A DNA stretch of 63,625 bases, the filler included, from Thraustochytrium aureum (taxonomy: Eukaryota): NCBI GenBank assembly GCA_012862495.1. It is 5 parts of 3 records of this genome, joined end to end, with 100 filler letters (N's around TTAATTAATTAA, not from the genome) between each part and the next. Parts side by side here need not be neighbours in the genome. Positions count along the whole stretch, not along the records: positions 9,806 to 29,627 come from BLSG01000098.1; positions 29,728 to 55,985 come from BLSG01000098.1; 3 more parts are not named here. One strand, written 5' to 3'. Under the pieces are notes generated by a model, which was not told the origin of the DNA, searched no databases, and was given only the letters and a program-made list of their open reading frames with translations. Shown here one piece after another: positions 23,701 to 35,271 of this stretch (the stretch's first letter is position 1; each line of letters begins with the position of its first letter). The position numbers were made by a program, and so were the translations under genes.

Positions 23701-26700
23701 AACAAACCGCTCAGCCGTCAGCTCTGGGCGCTGGTGGTAACCGCGCGCCAGCCCAGGGCCGGCAATGCAGAGCTCCCCAGGGACGAGGACGGGCGTGGGC
23801 TCCAAGTACTCGTCTAGCACAAAGGCATAGTAGTTGTACAGTGGCCGTCCAATGCAGGGCGAGAAGACCGTGTCGCCGGAAGCCCCTTGCCACGGTGGCG
23901 CCGCACCATGTGCTTTCGGCTTGCCGGCCCTGTGTTCGCATGCAGATGCCTCTGCCGCCTCCGCGCGCCTCCCTTCCGCCACAACGAAGTAGGTGCACAT
24001 AATAGTGCCCTCCGAGGGCCCGTAGTGGTTGTCCAGCCGGAAAGGGAGGTCGCGCAGGATTCGAACAGGGCACGTGCAGCTTGTCCCCTCCGCCATACAC
24101 GACGCGCAGCGAGCTGGGCCACGACTCGTGCCGCGACTTGAGGAAGACCTCAAGCAATGGCGTGGGCAAAAGCGACACGGAGACGCGCTGGTGGTGAAGC
24201 CACTCCGAGAGCGCAACCACATCACCCCGCGTCGAGCTGTCCACGATGTGAACAGACGCGCCGGCAGCAAGAAATGGCCAAATCTCGAGCCCGACGGGGT
24301 CAAAGGCGGCGCCAACGAGCTGGGAGGCGCGGTCGCTGGCAGTCAGCCCGTAGGCGTCAATGTGCCAGGCAACGACGTTGACCAAGGACCTGTGCTCGAT
24401 CAGCACCCCTTTGGGCTTGCCAGTGCTCCCGGACGTATAGATCATGTACGCAATNNNNNNNNNNNNNNNNNNNNNNNNNNNNNNNNNNNNNNNNNNNNNN
24501 NNNNNNNNNNNNNNNNNNNNNNNNNNNNNNNNNNNNNNNNNNNNNNNNNNNNNNNNNNNNNNNNNNNNNNNNNNNNNNNNNNNNNNNNNNNNNNNNNNNN
24601 NNNNNNNNNNNNNNNNNNNNNNNNNNNNNNNNNNNNNNNNNNNNNNNNNNNNNNNNNNNNNNNNNNNNNNNNNNNNNNNNNNNNNNNNNNNNNNNNNNNN
24701 NNNNNNNNNNNNNNNNNNNNNNNNNNNNNNNNNNNNNNNNNNNNNNNNNNNNNNNNNNNNNNNNNCTTGTTGTACTCCACGCTACCGCGGATTAGGGCCA
24801 CGAGGTGGCCCGCCATCAGCTCAATTGTCTCGCGCGAGAAGAGCGTGGTCTTGTACTGCATTGCCGCGCGCAGCGGGGCCCCTGACGTGCTGCCCTTGCT
24901 AAAGATCAGCTGGAGCTCGTAGGGGCTGGCGCGCTGCTCGATGCCGACCTGGCCTTCGCCATCGAACGCCTTGATCCTCGCCGAGGAACCCAGACGCACA
25001 GTCTCACCGGACTCGAGCCGCGCAAGCGACGGCGAAGCCAGCCCGGTCTCCCCGCCGCTTTGGCTCGACTCTGCAGAAAATGTCTGGTTTAGCGACAGGA
25101 GGACCTGGAAGAGCGGGCTCTGATGCGACTGCCGAAACGAGGACATGCGCTCGACCAGAATCGGGAAGGGAAGCTCTTGGTGCTCAAATGCGGACAGCAC
25201 CACAGCGCGAGCTTGGCACAGTAAGCTGCGAAAGTTGTCCTCCTTGCCCACGTGCATGCGCAGCACCACCACGTTGGTGACGTTCCCAACAGTGCGGTCG
25301 AGCTCCGGAATCGTCCTGCAGGCCATCGGGGCCCCGATCAAAATGTCCTCCTTGCCCGTGTACCGGTACAGCAGTGCCGCATAAAAGGCCAGGAGCGACA
25401 TGAACATCGTCGCACGCTCCAGCTTGACGACCGCCTGCAGCTGCGCAAACGCGTCCGCAGGAACATCAAAGTGGTACCAGGCGCCGTTTTGCTCCGGCTC
25501 CTTGTCGAGCCGCCCACGCTCAAAGTCGGTGGGCAGGCCAAGCATCGCTTCGTGACCCGCCAGCTGGCGCTGCCAAAAGTTCCACAGGCGGTTGCCCGCC
25601 GCCGAGCTCATTTCTTCTTTCTGGAGTCGCGCAAACTCGGCCATATTGATCGACCGCGCCTCGCCGGCCTTCAAGGGGACGCCCCCAGGCTCTGCATCCC
25701 CAGTCGTGCCAGCTGCGTCGTACAGTTCGCCCAGGTCCTCAAGCACAATGTCAAGCGACCAGCCGTCCATGGCGATGTGGTGCGCTGTGAGGAGCAGAAC
25801 GCACTCGCCGTGCTCGTCTAAATAGGCACGGGCGCGAAAGGGAGCGCATGCTTTGAGGTCCCAAGGGCGATGAAGCTCATTCTGGAGGACGCGAGTCAGA
25901 GCAGCGAGATCGTTCTTGGCGGCTTCGTCTGCCACAAAGTCGACAATTGCCGGCCCGCGCACCGGGGGCGACAACGGTGGTGAGTGGAGGGCGGAAATGC
26001 GCTTGCGGCCCCGAGACAGAGCCGGGTGAATCACCTGGTATGGAAGTCCGTTTTCCTCCCCATACGTCGTGCGGAGTGATTCATGGCGATCCACCAAAAG
26101 CTGAAGCGCGAGCTTGAGGCGCTCCAGCGAGAAGCCCGGGCTGTCCACAACCCGGACGCACACGTGCACGACAAAGTCGATCCGGTTTGGATTCATCTTG
26201 TGAAGAAACCACAGCGACTGTTGGTTGTACGACAGCACGCTAAGCACCGGCCGCTGGGCGTTTGGGCTCGTCTTTGATGCATGTCGTTGGCGCAGCGCGG
26301 CATGCAAGGTCGCGTCACCGGCAAGCCACATCGGGGAGTGGGCAAGCATAAGCGGCGAGGAGGACAGCGAGGGGTTCAAGCTGTCGTAGAGGCCGCCCCG
26401 CGAACTGCTCCTCAGGGAGCCCGCGAGTTGGCCACGACCGGCTGCGGGCGTCTCCAAACCCGCCTGGCGCCCGCGAAGGAGGCGCAACCTGTTGGACGCC
26501 GAAGCCAGCGACGAAGACCCAAGCGACTCCGAGTTCTCTGCGTCGGTGTCCGCCGAGGCGCCAGACTGCGGCGCACGATAGACCGGCGGTCCTGCAACCA
26601 CTCTGAGATACCGCTGTCGCGATAACTCGCGCTGACCATCGAGCTTGCGGCAAGCCTCACGCGGCTGGTGCTGCTGCCAGGGGTCGGCCGCCCGCTCGTC

Positions 26701-29700
26701 CCGGTCGACGACGCACCTGCGGCAGAGGTCGCCTCGGAGAACGTGTCGCCTGCCGTGCTCCCGGCGCCGGGAAGTGGCCGCTCGGGTTGGTTTCGCTTGT
26801 GCCTTGCGTGCGGCTTCCCAAAGCGCACGGTGCCCTCGATCGCGGGTTTTGCAAGAACTTGGACAGCGGCATGTCCACGCCAAACTCGTGCCTGATGCGG
26901 GCCATGATGCGCGCAGCGGAAAGCGAATGGCCGCCTTCCTCAAAGAAGTCATCGTTGGGGCTGAGCGAGGCGGCGTCGCGGTTTAGAGCCGCGGCGAAAA
27001 TTGCGCCAACTGCTTGCCCGGCATCTGAAGCGAATACGCGAGCTTTTAGGACCGCAGGCGGGGCCTCGGCCTCGTCTTGCTTTCGCGCAGCAACGATGGC
27101 GTCTGCGGACAAGCCCGGCGCCTTAGAGAGGCCGTCACCATGCTGGTGTTGCTGGCCAACCGGATGGGGCGGGGAGCGCGGTGCGGTCCACCTTGTGGTT
27201 GGACGTCAGCGGCAACTGCTCCATGGCCACAAACGCGCTTGGGACCATGAAACCCGGCAGTCGAGACTTTAGGAAGGCGCGGAGGTCTGCTGCTGTCGGC
27301 GCCGGCCCGCTCGATGAGGCGACAACATATGCGCCAAAACCTTGTCTGGGGCCGCGCCAGACGAACTGGCAGATCTGTCATCTNNNNNNNNNNNNNNNNN
27401 NNNNNNNNNNNNNNNNNNNNNNNNNNNNNNNNNNNNNNNNNNNNNNNNNNNNNNNNNNNNNNNNNNNNNNNNNNNNNNNNNNNNNNNNNNNNNNNNNNNN
27501 NNNNNNNNNNNNNNNNNNNNNNNNNNNNNNNNNNNNNNNNNNNNNNNNNNNNNNNNNNNNNNNNNNNNNNNNNNNNNNNNNNNNNNNNNNNNNNNNNNNN
27601 NNNNNNNNNNNNNNNNNNNNNNNNNNNNNNNNNNNNNNNNNNNNNNNNNNNNNNNNNNNNNNNNNNNNNNNNNNNNNNNNNNNNNNNNNNNNNNNNNNNN
27701 NNNNNNNNNNNNNNNNNNNNNNNNNNNNNNNNNNNNNNNNNNNNNNNNNNNNNNNNNNNNNNNNNNNNNNNNNNNNNNNNNNNNNNNNNNNNNNNNNNNN
27801 NNNNNNNNNNNNNNNNNNNNNNNNNNNNNNNNNNNNNNNNNNNNNNNNNNNNNNNNNNNNNNNNNNNNNNNNNNNNNNNNNNNNNNNNNNNNNNNNNNNN
27901 NNNNNNNNNNNNNNNNNNNNNNNNNNNNNNNNNNNNNNNNNNNNNNNNNNNNNNNNNNNNNNNNNNNNNNATAGATTACGTAAGCCAGGGTGGCAGGGTC
28001 CTGCGGGGTTTTGGGGGCAGCAGGGCGCGAGCTCGCGAGTGAAATTGCCTCGTCCCAGTCCTCATCCAACAAAATGGTGCGCCCAGAAAACTCGGGTGGT
28101 ACAAGCGGGCGCAGCGCCGCCTCTGTGAGGATTGTTGAGGCTTCGGCGTCCTCTATCATCACGCGCACACGCGCCACGGGGTACTTTGGGTCCATCGGCA
28201 TCACAGCTGCGCCGACTTTGAGGACAGCGAGCCACGCCACGACGAGCGCGGTGCTCCGGGAAACGAGAACTGGCACCGGAGTCTCCGCTTTCACGCCCGT
28301 GAACCGCAGAAAGTTCGCCAGCCTGTTCGAGCGCTCGTCTAGCTCGCGGTACGTGAGCGAGGCATCTGGGCATTGCACGGCGACGCGATCTGGGCAGAGC
28401 GAGGCTTGTCGTTCAACGAGGTGGTGCACGCACGCGCCCGCGGCCCATTCCGCGAGGTCCTCCTTGGTCTCGTTGAACCCGTCCACGACGCGGTGACGCT
28501 CCTCGGCTGTCAGAGGCGAGAGGTCAACCACGCGCGTCTTGTCTGGCTTGCAGATTGCCAGGGCCTCGATAACATTAACGAGGTGCCCAGCCATCTTCTT
28601 GGCCGTCGCGGGCTCGAAGATGTCCGAGCTGTACTGCAAGGAGCCGCTGACGCGGTTGTTCTCGACGCAAACCATGAGCGTCAGGTCGAACTGGGCGTGG
28701 CGGTGCGGCGTAGCGACGGACCGAACCGCAGTGCCCTGCATGCTGGGGTGAAGGTGCAGCTCGACGCCGTCAAAGCCAAGCATGCTTTCGACGAGGCCAG
28801 GTCGGGATAAGTGCGGGCGCTGCAACACGAAGGCCACGTTGAAGAGCGGATTTTCGCCCACCGAGCCCGAGTTGCCGGCAGCGAGCCTTTCCACGAGATA
28901 CGGGAACGGGAGCGACTGGTTGTCGAGTCCGTTGAGCATGCTAGTGGCCACGCGGTGCAGGAGCTGGATCACGGTGGGGTTGCCGCTCAGGTCCGTGCTG
29001 ATCACGATGGGGTTGACGAAGTACCCGAACAGCTGCTCGAGCTCCTGCGTCGAGCGCCCTGCCGCTGGGACGCCTACGTGGACCCGGTCGCTTCCCGTGT
29101 AAATACGCAGAAGCGAACTGAAGGCCGCCAAGAGCAGTACGTTGAGCGTGAAGCCCGTATTTTGGCTCAGCGCAATGATCGAACGCGCCGTCTCCCCATC
29201 AACCCTGAAGAGCTCGGCGCCGCCGCGATATGACTTGCGCGGTGGACGCGGTTTGTCGAGCGGGAGCTCAAGCGCAGAGGGCAGCCCAGAAAGTTGCGCC
29301 CGCCAGAACTCGAGCATCCGCGAGCATCGCGGCCCGCGCACAAGGGCCCGCTGGCGATGAATGTGGCGCGCATATGCACCAGGGTCCTCACCTTGTGCGG
29401 CTCCATCGTAGTAGGCCGCGAAGAGGCGGTCAAGTAGCAAGACCAACGACCAGAGGTCGACGACGATGTGGTGCACGACGATGAGCAAAATTTGATCTCC
29501 TGAGGCTCGATCGATGGCCAAACGAACGCGTAAGAGAGGGCCCCGCGCAAAGTCAAAGGGGCGGTATGTCTCTTTTTCCAGCCAGTCTTTGACAGCATTC
29601 ACGTCGTCAGCGTCGCCGCCTAGAACCNNNNNNNNNNNNNNNNNNNNNNNNNNNNNNNNNNNNNNNNNNNNTTAATTAATTAANNNNNNNNNNNNNNNNN

Positions 29701-32249
29701 NNNNNNNNNNNNNNNNNNNNNNNNNNNGTAGATGGTGTAGGCCAGCGAGTGAGGCCCTGGCCCGGATCCCTCCTCGCCATCCGCCGGCGCTGGCCGGTGC
29801 AGTGGCGCTTTACTCCCGAGGCTGATCGCGCGGTCCCAGTCACGATCCACGAGGATGCGGCGCACTTGGCGCGGGGGCGTGATTCCTGCGCAGAGGTGCG
29901 CAAGCGACTTCTCCGAAATGACCAGCGTTGCGTTCGCGTCCTCTATCATAACACGCACACGCTCTGCGGGAAACTTTGGGTCCATCGGCATCACCGCGCC
30001 GCCGGCCTTCAAGACCGCGAGCCACGAGATGACCAAGAAGACGCCGCGCGTCAACAACACCGGTACAGGCTGCTCCCTTTTGACGCCGACGAGCTCGAGG
30101 AAGTGTGCGAGCTGGTTCGCCTTGGCGTCGAGGTCGGCGTACGAGAGGAGTTGGAGGCCCCCATCGATCGAAATCGCAGGCGCGTCTGGATTGAGAAGGG
30201 CTTGGCGCTCTACGAGCTCGTGAACGCAGAGGTCGCGCGATTCAGGAGGAAAGTGCATCTCGGATGCGTTGAAGTTCTCGACGACAATGGCCTCTTCCGC
30301 GCGGGGCATAATGCGAAGCTGGGAGATCTGCACGGAGGCGGCCTTTTCAAGGCCAGCGGGACCCTGTCCAGCAGGTGCGCTAGGTTTGGGCTGTGGGTAG
30401 CTGTCGAGGATGGACGCGAGAACGCTTTGCAGGTGGAGGGCCATTCGCTGCATCGTCCGCGCGCGAAACCGGTCGGTTCGGTACTGCAGCGCGATGCGAA
30501 GCAGCGGCGACGTGGTTCCTATGAGGCGAATGTCCTCGTCCCCGACCGCGTATCTGAGCGGAAGGTGGACCGGAGTGAGCTCGACACCGCCCAAGGTCAG
30601 CGGTTTGGTCTTGAGGGAGGCAAATGCCTGCTCATCCTCCTTGGAGGGCGCTACGCTCACGGACGCGGACGCGGGCGGTGGTGGGCCTTCGGCTTGACCA
30701 GCGATCGCATACCCGCTTCCCGCGCTTGCATTGGAGGAGAGCGACTTGGCCCCGGTCCTAAAGGCGGGCCGGTGCGCAAGAGGGAGGTCCGGCAGCAAGT
30801 TGGGCATGTCTGGGTGTGCAGACAAGGAGCTCCCCAGCTCGACCGCCAAAAGCTGCTCCACAGCTCGAGACGAGCTGCTCGATCGCGGGAGCGCCTCAAG
30901 GCCGAGCACGTACCGCAAGAGTCGCGTTGTCACGAGCGGGAATGCGAGGTCGTCAACAGTGCTGCCGTAGACCTCGAACGCGGCCTGAAAGAGCTGGCTG
31001 CAGCCAAGCTGGCTTTTGAGGTCGTCCAAGGCGATGTCTGGGTTTGCCTCGGCGTCAGAAAGCATGCTGCCGACTCGATTAAGGAAAGCGTCAACGGCAG
31101 GGTGGTCTGCCGTCTGCACGCGCACCGGGAGCCAGTTCTCGAAGGCGCCGACGACGTTTTTCACCTCGACATGGCTGCCGCGACCCGGTGTGTGGCACCC
31201 GACGATGACGTCTGCTTCGCCAGTGTACCGCGCGAGGAGGATATTGAAGGCCGAGAGGAGCACCACGCGCAGCGACACGTGGTGCGCAAGACTAAAGTGG
31301 CGAAGCCTATCGCAGAGGTCACCGTCCAGAGGAATGTCGCAAAGGGCGACCTGGTTTGGCGGCGCGTGATCCGCGCCAAGGGCGCCAGGCGAATTCCCTG
31401 GTTCGCCCGCCTGGGGCATCAGCGGCATGCCTTGATCCGGCGGCAGCTCTGGCTGCGGGAGGGGCTTGGATAGCGCCGTTTGCCAGAAGGCGAGCTGGCG
31501 CACGTGGACGTCGTTGGGGCCTTGGAGGTGGGCCTTCCACTGCTGGTACTCGTCGAATTGGATTTCCAGTGCAGGCAGCGCAAACTCGCTCGTGGCCTCG
31601 TACACGACTTTGACGTCCGATAGAAGGAGGCAAAGCGAGAGGGGGTCCGCCAGGCTGCGGCGTGCAGCGATGACGAGCAAGTNNNNNNNNNNNNNNNNNN
31701 NNNNNNNNNNNNNNNNNNNNNNNNNNNNNNNNNNNNNNNNNNNNNNNNNNNNNNNNNNNNNNNNNNNNNNNNNNNNNNNNNNNNNNNNNNNNNNNNNNNN
31801 NNNNNNNNNNNNNNNNNNNNNNNNNNNNNNNNNNNNNNNNNNNNNNNNNNNNNNNNNNNNNNNNNNNNNNNNNNNNNNNNNNNNNNNNNNNNNNNNNNNN
31901 NNNNNNNNNNNNNNNNNNNNNNNNNNNNNNNNNNNNNNNNNNNNNNNNNNNNNNNNNNNNNNNNNNNNNNNNNNNNNNNNNNNNNNNNNNNNNNNNNNNN
32001 NNNNNNNNNNNNNNNNNNNNNNNNNNNNNNNNNNNNNNNNNNNNNNNNNNNNNNNNNNNNNNNNNNNNNNNNNNNNNNNNNNNNNNNNNNNNNNNNNNNN
32101 NNNNNNNNNNNNNNNNNNNNNNNNNNNNNNNNNNNNNNNNNNNNNNNNNNNNNNNNNNNNNNNNNNNNNNNNNNNNNNNNNNNNNNNNNNNNNNNNNNAA
32201 ACCCAGCGACATTTCCCGCCAGATGGCCATCATCCGTCTGTCTATCCAT
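20746..32249 (-). CDS. Multimodular non-ribosomal peptide synthetase, C*-A-[gap]-C-A-T-C-A-T-R; several gaps and frameshifts; start uncertain (candidate ATG 32249)
   Basis: C motifs RRSLADPLS (degenerate), HHIVVDLWS and HHIAMDGWS. A motifs LSYADL/LTYREL, YTSGSTGKPKG, NHYGPSE, GELCIAGPGLARGY, YRTGD, GRVDFQVKIRGMRVELGEIE, NGKVDR and NHKVDR. T motifs FFEEGGHSL and FFDLGGHSL. Terminal reductase motifs LGAFL, GDLALPRLGL, GYAQTKWVAE and FRPGRITG. Confidence 0.93.
29672..29683. other. Artificial six-frame-stop contig spacer inside the NRPS
   Basis: TTAATTAATTAA in an N run; the length of missing sequence is unknown. Confidence 0.95.
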
Positions 32250-32349
32250 CTCCCTCCATCCGCGCACCGGAGGTCCGGTTCGCGCGAAGCTCGTGGAGCT
32301 ACAGGAGGCCGCGATGAGATAGACGGCCCTGCTCGGGCTTTCGGGGCTC

Positions 32350-32425
32350 CGTGGACGGCAACGTTTGCGGCTGTACAACGGTGGATTCGTGGACGGCAAC
32401 GTTTGGGGCTGTACAACGGTGGATT
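32350..32425. repeat. 38-bp direct tandem duplication
   Basis: CGTGGACGGCAACGTTTG(C/G)GGCTGTACAACGGTGGATT twice, one mismatch. Confidence 0.9.
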
Positions 32426-32589
32426 GTTATTCGGCTACGACTCGTAGTGGCGCGCCAAACCCAGCTCGCGAGGCTGTCAGCACGGCGCAAGGCTGCGCGC
32501 TGGCAGGCGAGCTTGTGGGTTGCTGCCGCGGCGCCCGATGCCCGGTCTTTGACTGCCTCGGCTCCCGAGCCCGCAAGCTCCAGCTTGGC

Positions 32590-33729
32590 TCAGAGTTCGC
32601 TGGAGAAGGTCACCTGAGACGGGGCCTCCACCGCGATGGTCGAGTCGGCGCCCACGAAGAGCTCGTTGCTCAGGTAGGTGAGCACGCCGGCGTTGGTCAG
32701 ATTGTAGAGCGACTTGACGCTCGAGTAGACCTGGGCGAACGAGGCGTAGCGGCCCAGCACGCCCTCCATGAACGCGTTGGCGCTGCGGACCGTGACGTCC
32801 GAGTTGGCCTGCGCCGTGTCGAGCCGGGTGGCGCGCTCCTGCTCCGCCTGGGCCAAGAGCGTGTTCGCCTTGGTGAGAGCCTGCTGGCGCTCGTTGTTGG
32901 CCAGGCGAATGTCGCTGCGCGCGTTCTCCTTCTCCTTGACCACATCTTCGTACTGGACGGGGCGGTCGATGTTGCGGAGCTGGAACTGGGCCACCTTGGA
33001 CTGAAAGCGCGACTCCAGCTGCGAAGAGACGTCGCGGCGCATCGCTTCCGACACGTCGCTCCGGTTGGTCTGGAACTCCTCGGCAGTAAAGTCGCCGCAG
33101 ACGTGCGTCACCGTCGACGCCGCCTGGGTCATGAGCATCGTCTCGTAGTTGGAAAAGTTTTGGTACGCCAGGGTCAGCTCGCGCAAGCTCTCCGACACGG
33201 CGACAAACTGGAACGAGATATCAAGCTTGATCAAGAGGCCGTCCTGCGAGTTGCACTGGAGGCTCTTGTCGTTCTCGAACGAGACTGTCGTGTACTTTGC
33301 GGGCCAGAGCACTGTCGTGCCAAAGGTCGGCTTGGTCTGCAGCCCTTGCTGGAGGGCCTCCGTCCCGAGCTTGGCTTGGACCGAGTTGTAGGTGAGGCCC
33401 GTGTCGGTGGGGTCCACTGTGGTTAGGGATCCGGCGACGACGGCGATGATGATGCCCACGACCGAGACGACCAGGACGACGCAAAACCCCGGCATGAAAT
33501 CGTCCAAGCACACTTTCTTCATCTCGTCTGATTCGGAGGTCCTGTTGGACCTTTTCGTTTTGCCCTTCGAGGCGCAGAAGCGCGGCAGGCACCCGTCGTC
33601 CGCCATTTTCTTCTTGCTGTCTACTGGCCTGGTGTACAGCGAGTTGCCGTTCGCGCCGCCAGCCCCCGCCTCCGCGTCTTCTTCCTCGATGATCAAGTTG
33701 CCCTGTTTGTCTTTGCCGCCGGCGAGCAT
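32590..33729 (-). CDS. SPFH/Band-7 (prohibitin-domain) membrane protein
   Basis: Single TM, then CNSQDGLLIKLDISFQF, VCGDFTAEEFQTNR and FQLRNIDRP, followed by an Ala/Glu-rich coiled coil. Confidence 0.85.
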   Translation of the reverse strand: MLAGGKDKQGNLIIEEEDAEAGAGGANGNSLYTRPVDSKKKMADDGCLPRFCASKGKTKRSNRTSESDEMKKVCLDDFMPGFCVVLVVSVVGIIIAVVAGSLTTVDPTDTGLTYNSVQAKLGTEALQQGLQTKPTFGTTVLWPAKYTTVSFENDKSLQCNSQDGLLIKLDISFQFVAVSESLRELTLAYQNFSNYETMLMTQAASTVTHVCGDFTAEEFQTNRSDVSEAMRRDVSSQLESRFQSKVAQFQLRNIDRPVQYEDVVKEKENARSDIRLANNERQQALTKANTLLAQAEQERATRLDTAQANSDVTVRSANAFMEGVLGRYASFAQVYSSVKSLYNLTNAGVLTYLSNELFVGADSTIAVEAPSQVTFSSEL

Positions 33730-35271
33730 GTCTGTTACCGCGCAGGCGCTCAGCGGAAGTGGTACTGCTTGAGCAGGTCGGGTCCACCACGCGCAAAGGC
33801 GGTCTTCGCCGCGGCTCGTGGCCTCGGGTCAGCTGCAACTCGATCAGTCGGCGGTCGTGGCGAGAAGGATTGGCGTTCGCCGCTGAGGCCTCAGCGGCGA
33901 GGTGAGTGATTTCAAGGGTCGCGGTTGTCCAAGAGGCGTTCGTGCGAGGCCGCACTTCCTCGCGTCTCTCGGCGTTACCGGCCACGCGCTGCACGAGCTA
34001 TCCCAGACTCGCGCGAGTGCGAGCGGGCAAGATCATTCCATGAATGCCCCCCGGAACGCCGAGCCGTCGGCGTGTGGGAAAGGCCGGTCGAGCAGAGTGA
34101 TGGCAGTGCGCACCACTGGCAGCCAGCCGTCCGAGTAGAGGTACTTCGGTACCGGCTGGCGTGCGTTGACTCGTCGGGGTCCCAGCCAGGCTCATCAACT
34201 GCCAGTGATCGCCGTGTGTGGCCAAGCAATCCTCCTTGGGGCGAGTACCTCTAGCAAGTGGGTTGCCTCCTCCGGACACCACTCGGGGCGGACGACCCTC
34301 TATCAGGCGCACGGGCGCGTGCTGGAAAGCGTTTGAGCGCCAGAGGTTTCCGATCACGAACGCCGCGGCGTTCGCCTCCGCCCGCTCCGTGTTCGTGCTC
34401 CAAAGTCCGAGCAGGTTTGCTTGTCCAGCGCGTTTGATTCGAGCGACGAGCGCGCGAGGCTGCCGCGTTGTTGGTCCAGTGCCTGTCGCCGACAGCGCGA
34501 GTCCGCGAGAAGCGGTCGCGAACGAACGCCCCACCCTGACTCGCTCTCTAGAGAGCTAGCTCGAGTTGTCGAGCAGACCGACCTGGGCGAGGNNNNNNNN
34601 NNNNNNNNNNNNNNNNNNNNNNNNNNNNNNNNNNNNNNNNNNNNNNNNNNNNNNNNNNNNNNNNNNNNNNNNNNNNNNNNNNNNNNNNNNNNNNNNNNNN
34701 NNNNNNNNNNNNNNNNNNNNNNNNNNNNNNNNNNNNNNNNNNNNNNNNNNNNNNNNNNNNNNNNNNNNNNNNNNNNNNNNNNNNNNNNNNNNNNNNNNNN
34801 NNNNNNNNNNNNNNNNNNNNNNNNNNNNNNNNNNNNNNNNNNNNNNNNNNNNNNNNNNNNNNNNNNNNNNNNNNNNNNNNNNNNNNNNNNNNNNNNNNNN
34901 NNNNNNNNNNNNNNNNNNNNNNNNNNNNNNNNNNNNNNNNNNNNNNNNNNNNNNNNNNNNNNNNNNNNNNNNNNNNNNNNNNNNNNNNNNNNNNNNNNNN
35001 NNNNNNNNNNNNNNNNNNNNNNNNNNNNNNNNNNNNNNNNNNNNNNNNNNNNNNNTCGTTCGGCCGGGTTGCGGGGCGCGCGGGGATCGGTCGGCCGAGC
35101 TGCGAGCGCGGTTGGTGTTTTTCTTCGCTCGGCATCGCGACATTGTGGATCGATCGTTCTGGTCGCGCGGGATCCTGGCCAAGGCGCTGACCTCGCCGCG
35201 GGCCTGACGGGGCTCTGGCTGCTCAGGCTGGCCACGGTGCTCGAGCCCTGGTTGGCGCGTACGCCAACGCC

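Noticed and set aside
22920..24454. Lys2-type alpha-aminoadipate reductase (A-T-R) as the identity of the NRPS
   Set aside because: The A-T-R unit is preceded by intact C domains and further modules, and the A domain resembles peptide-synthetase types.
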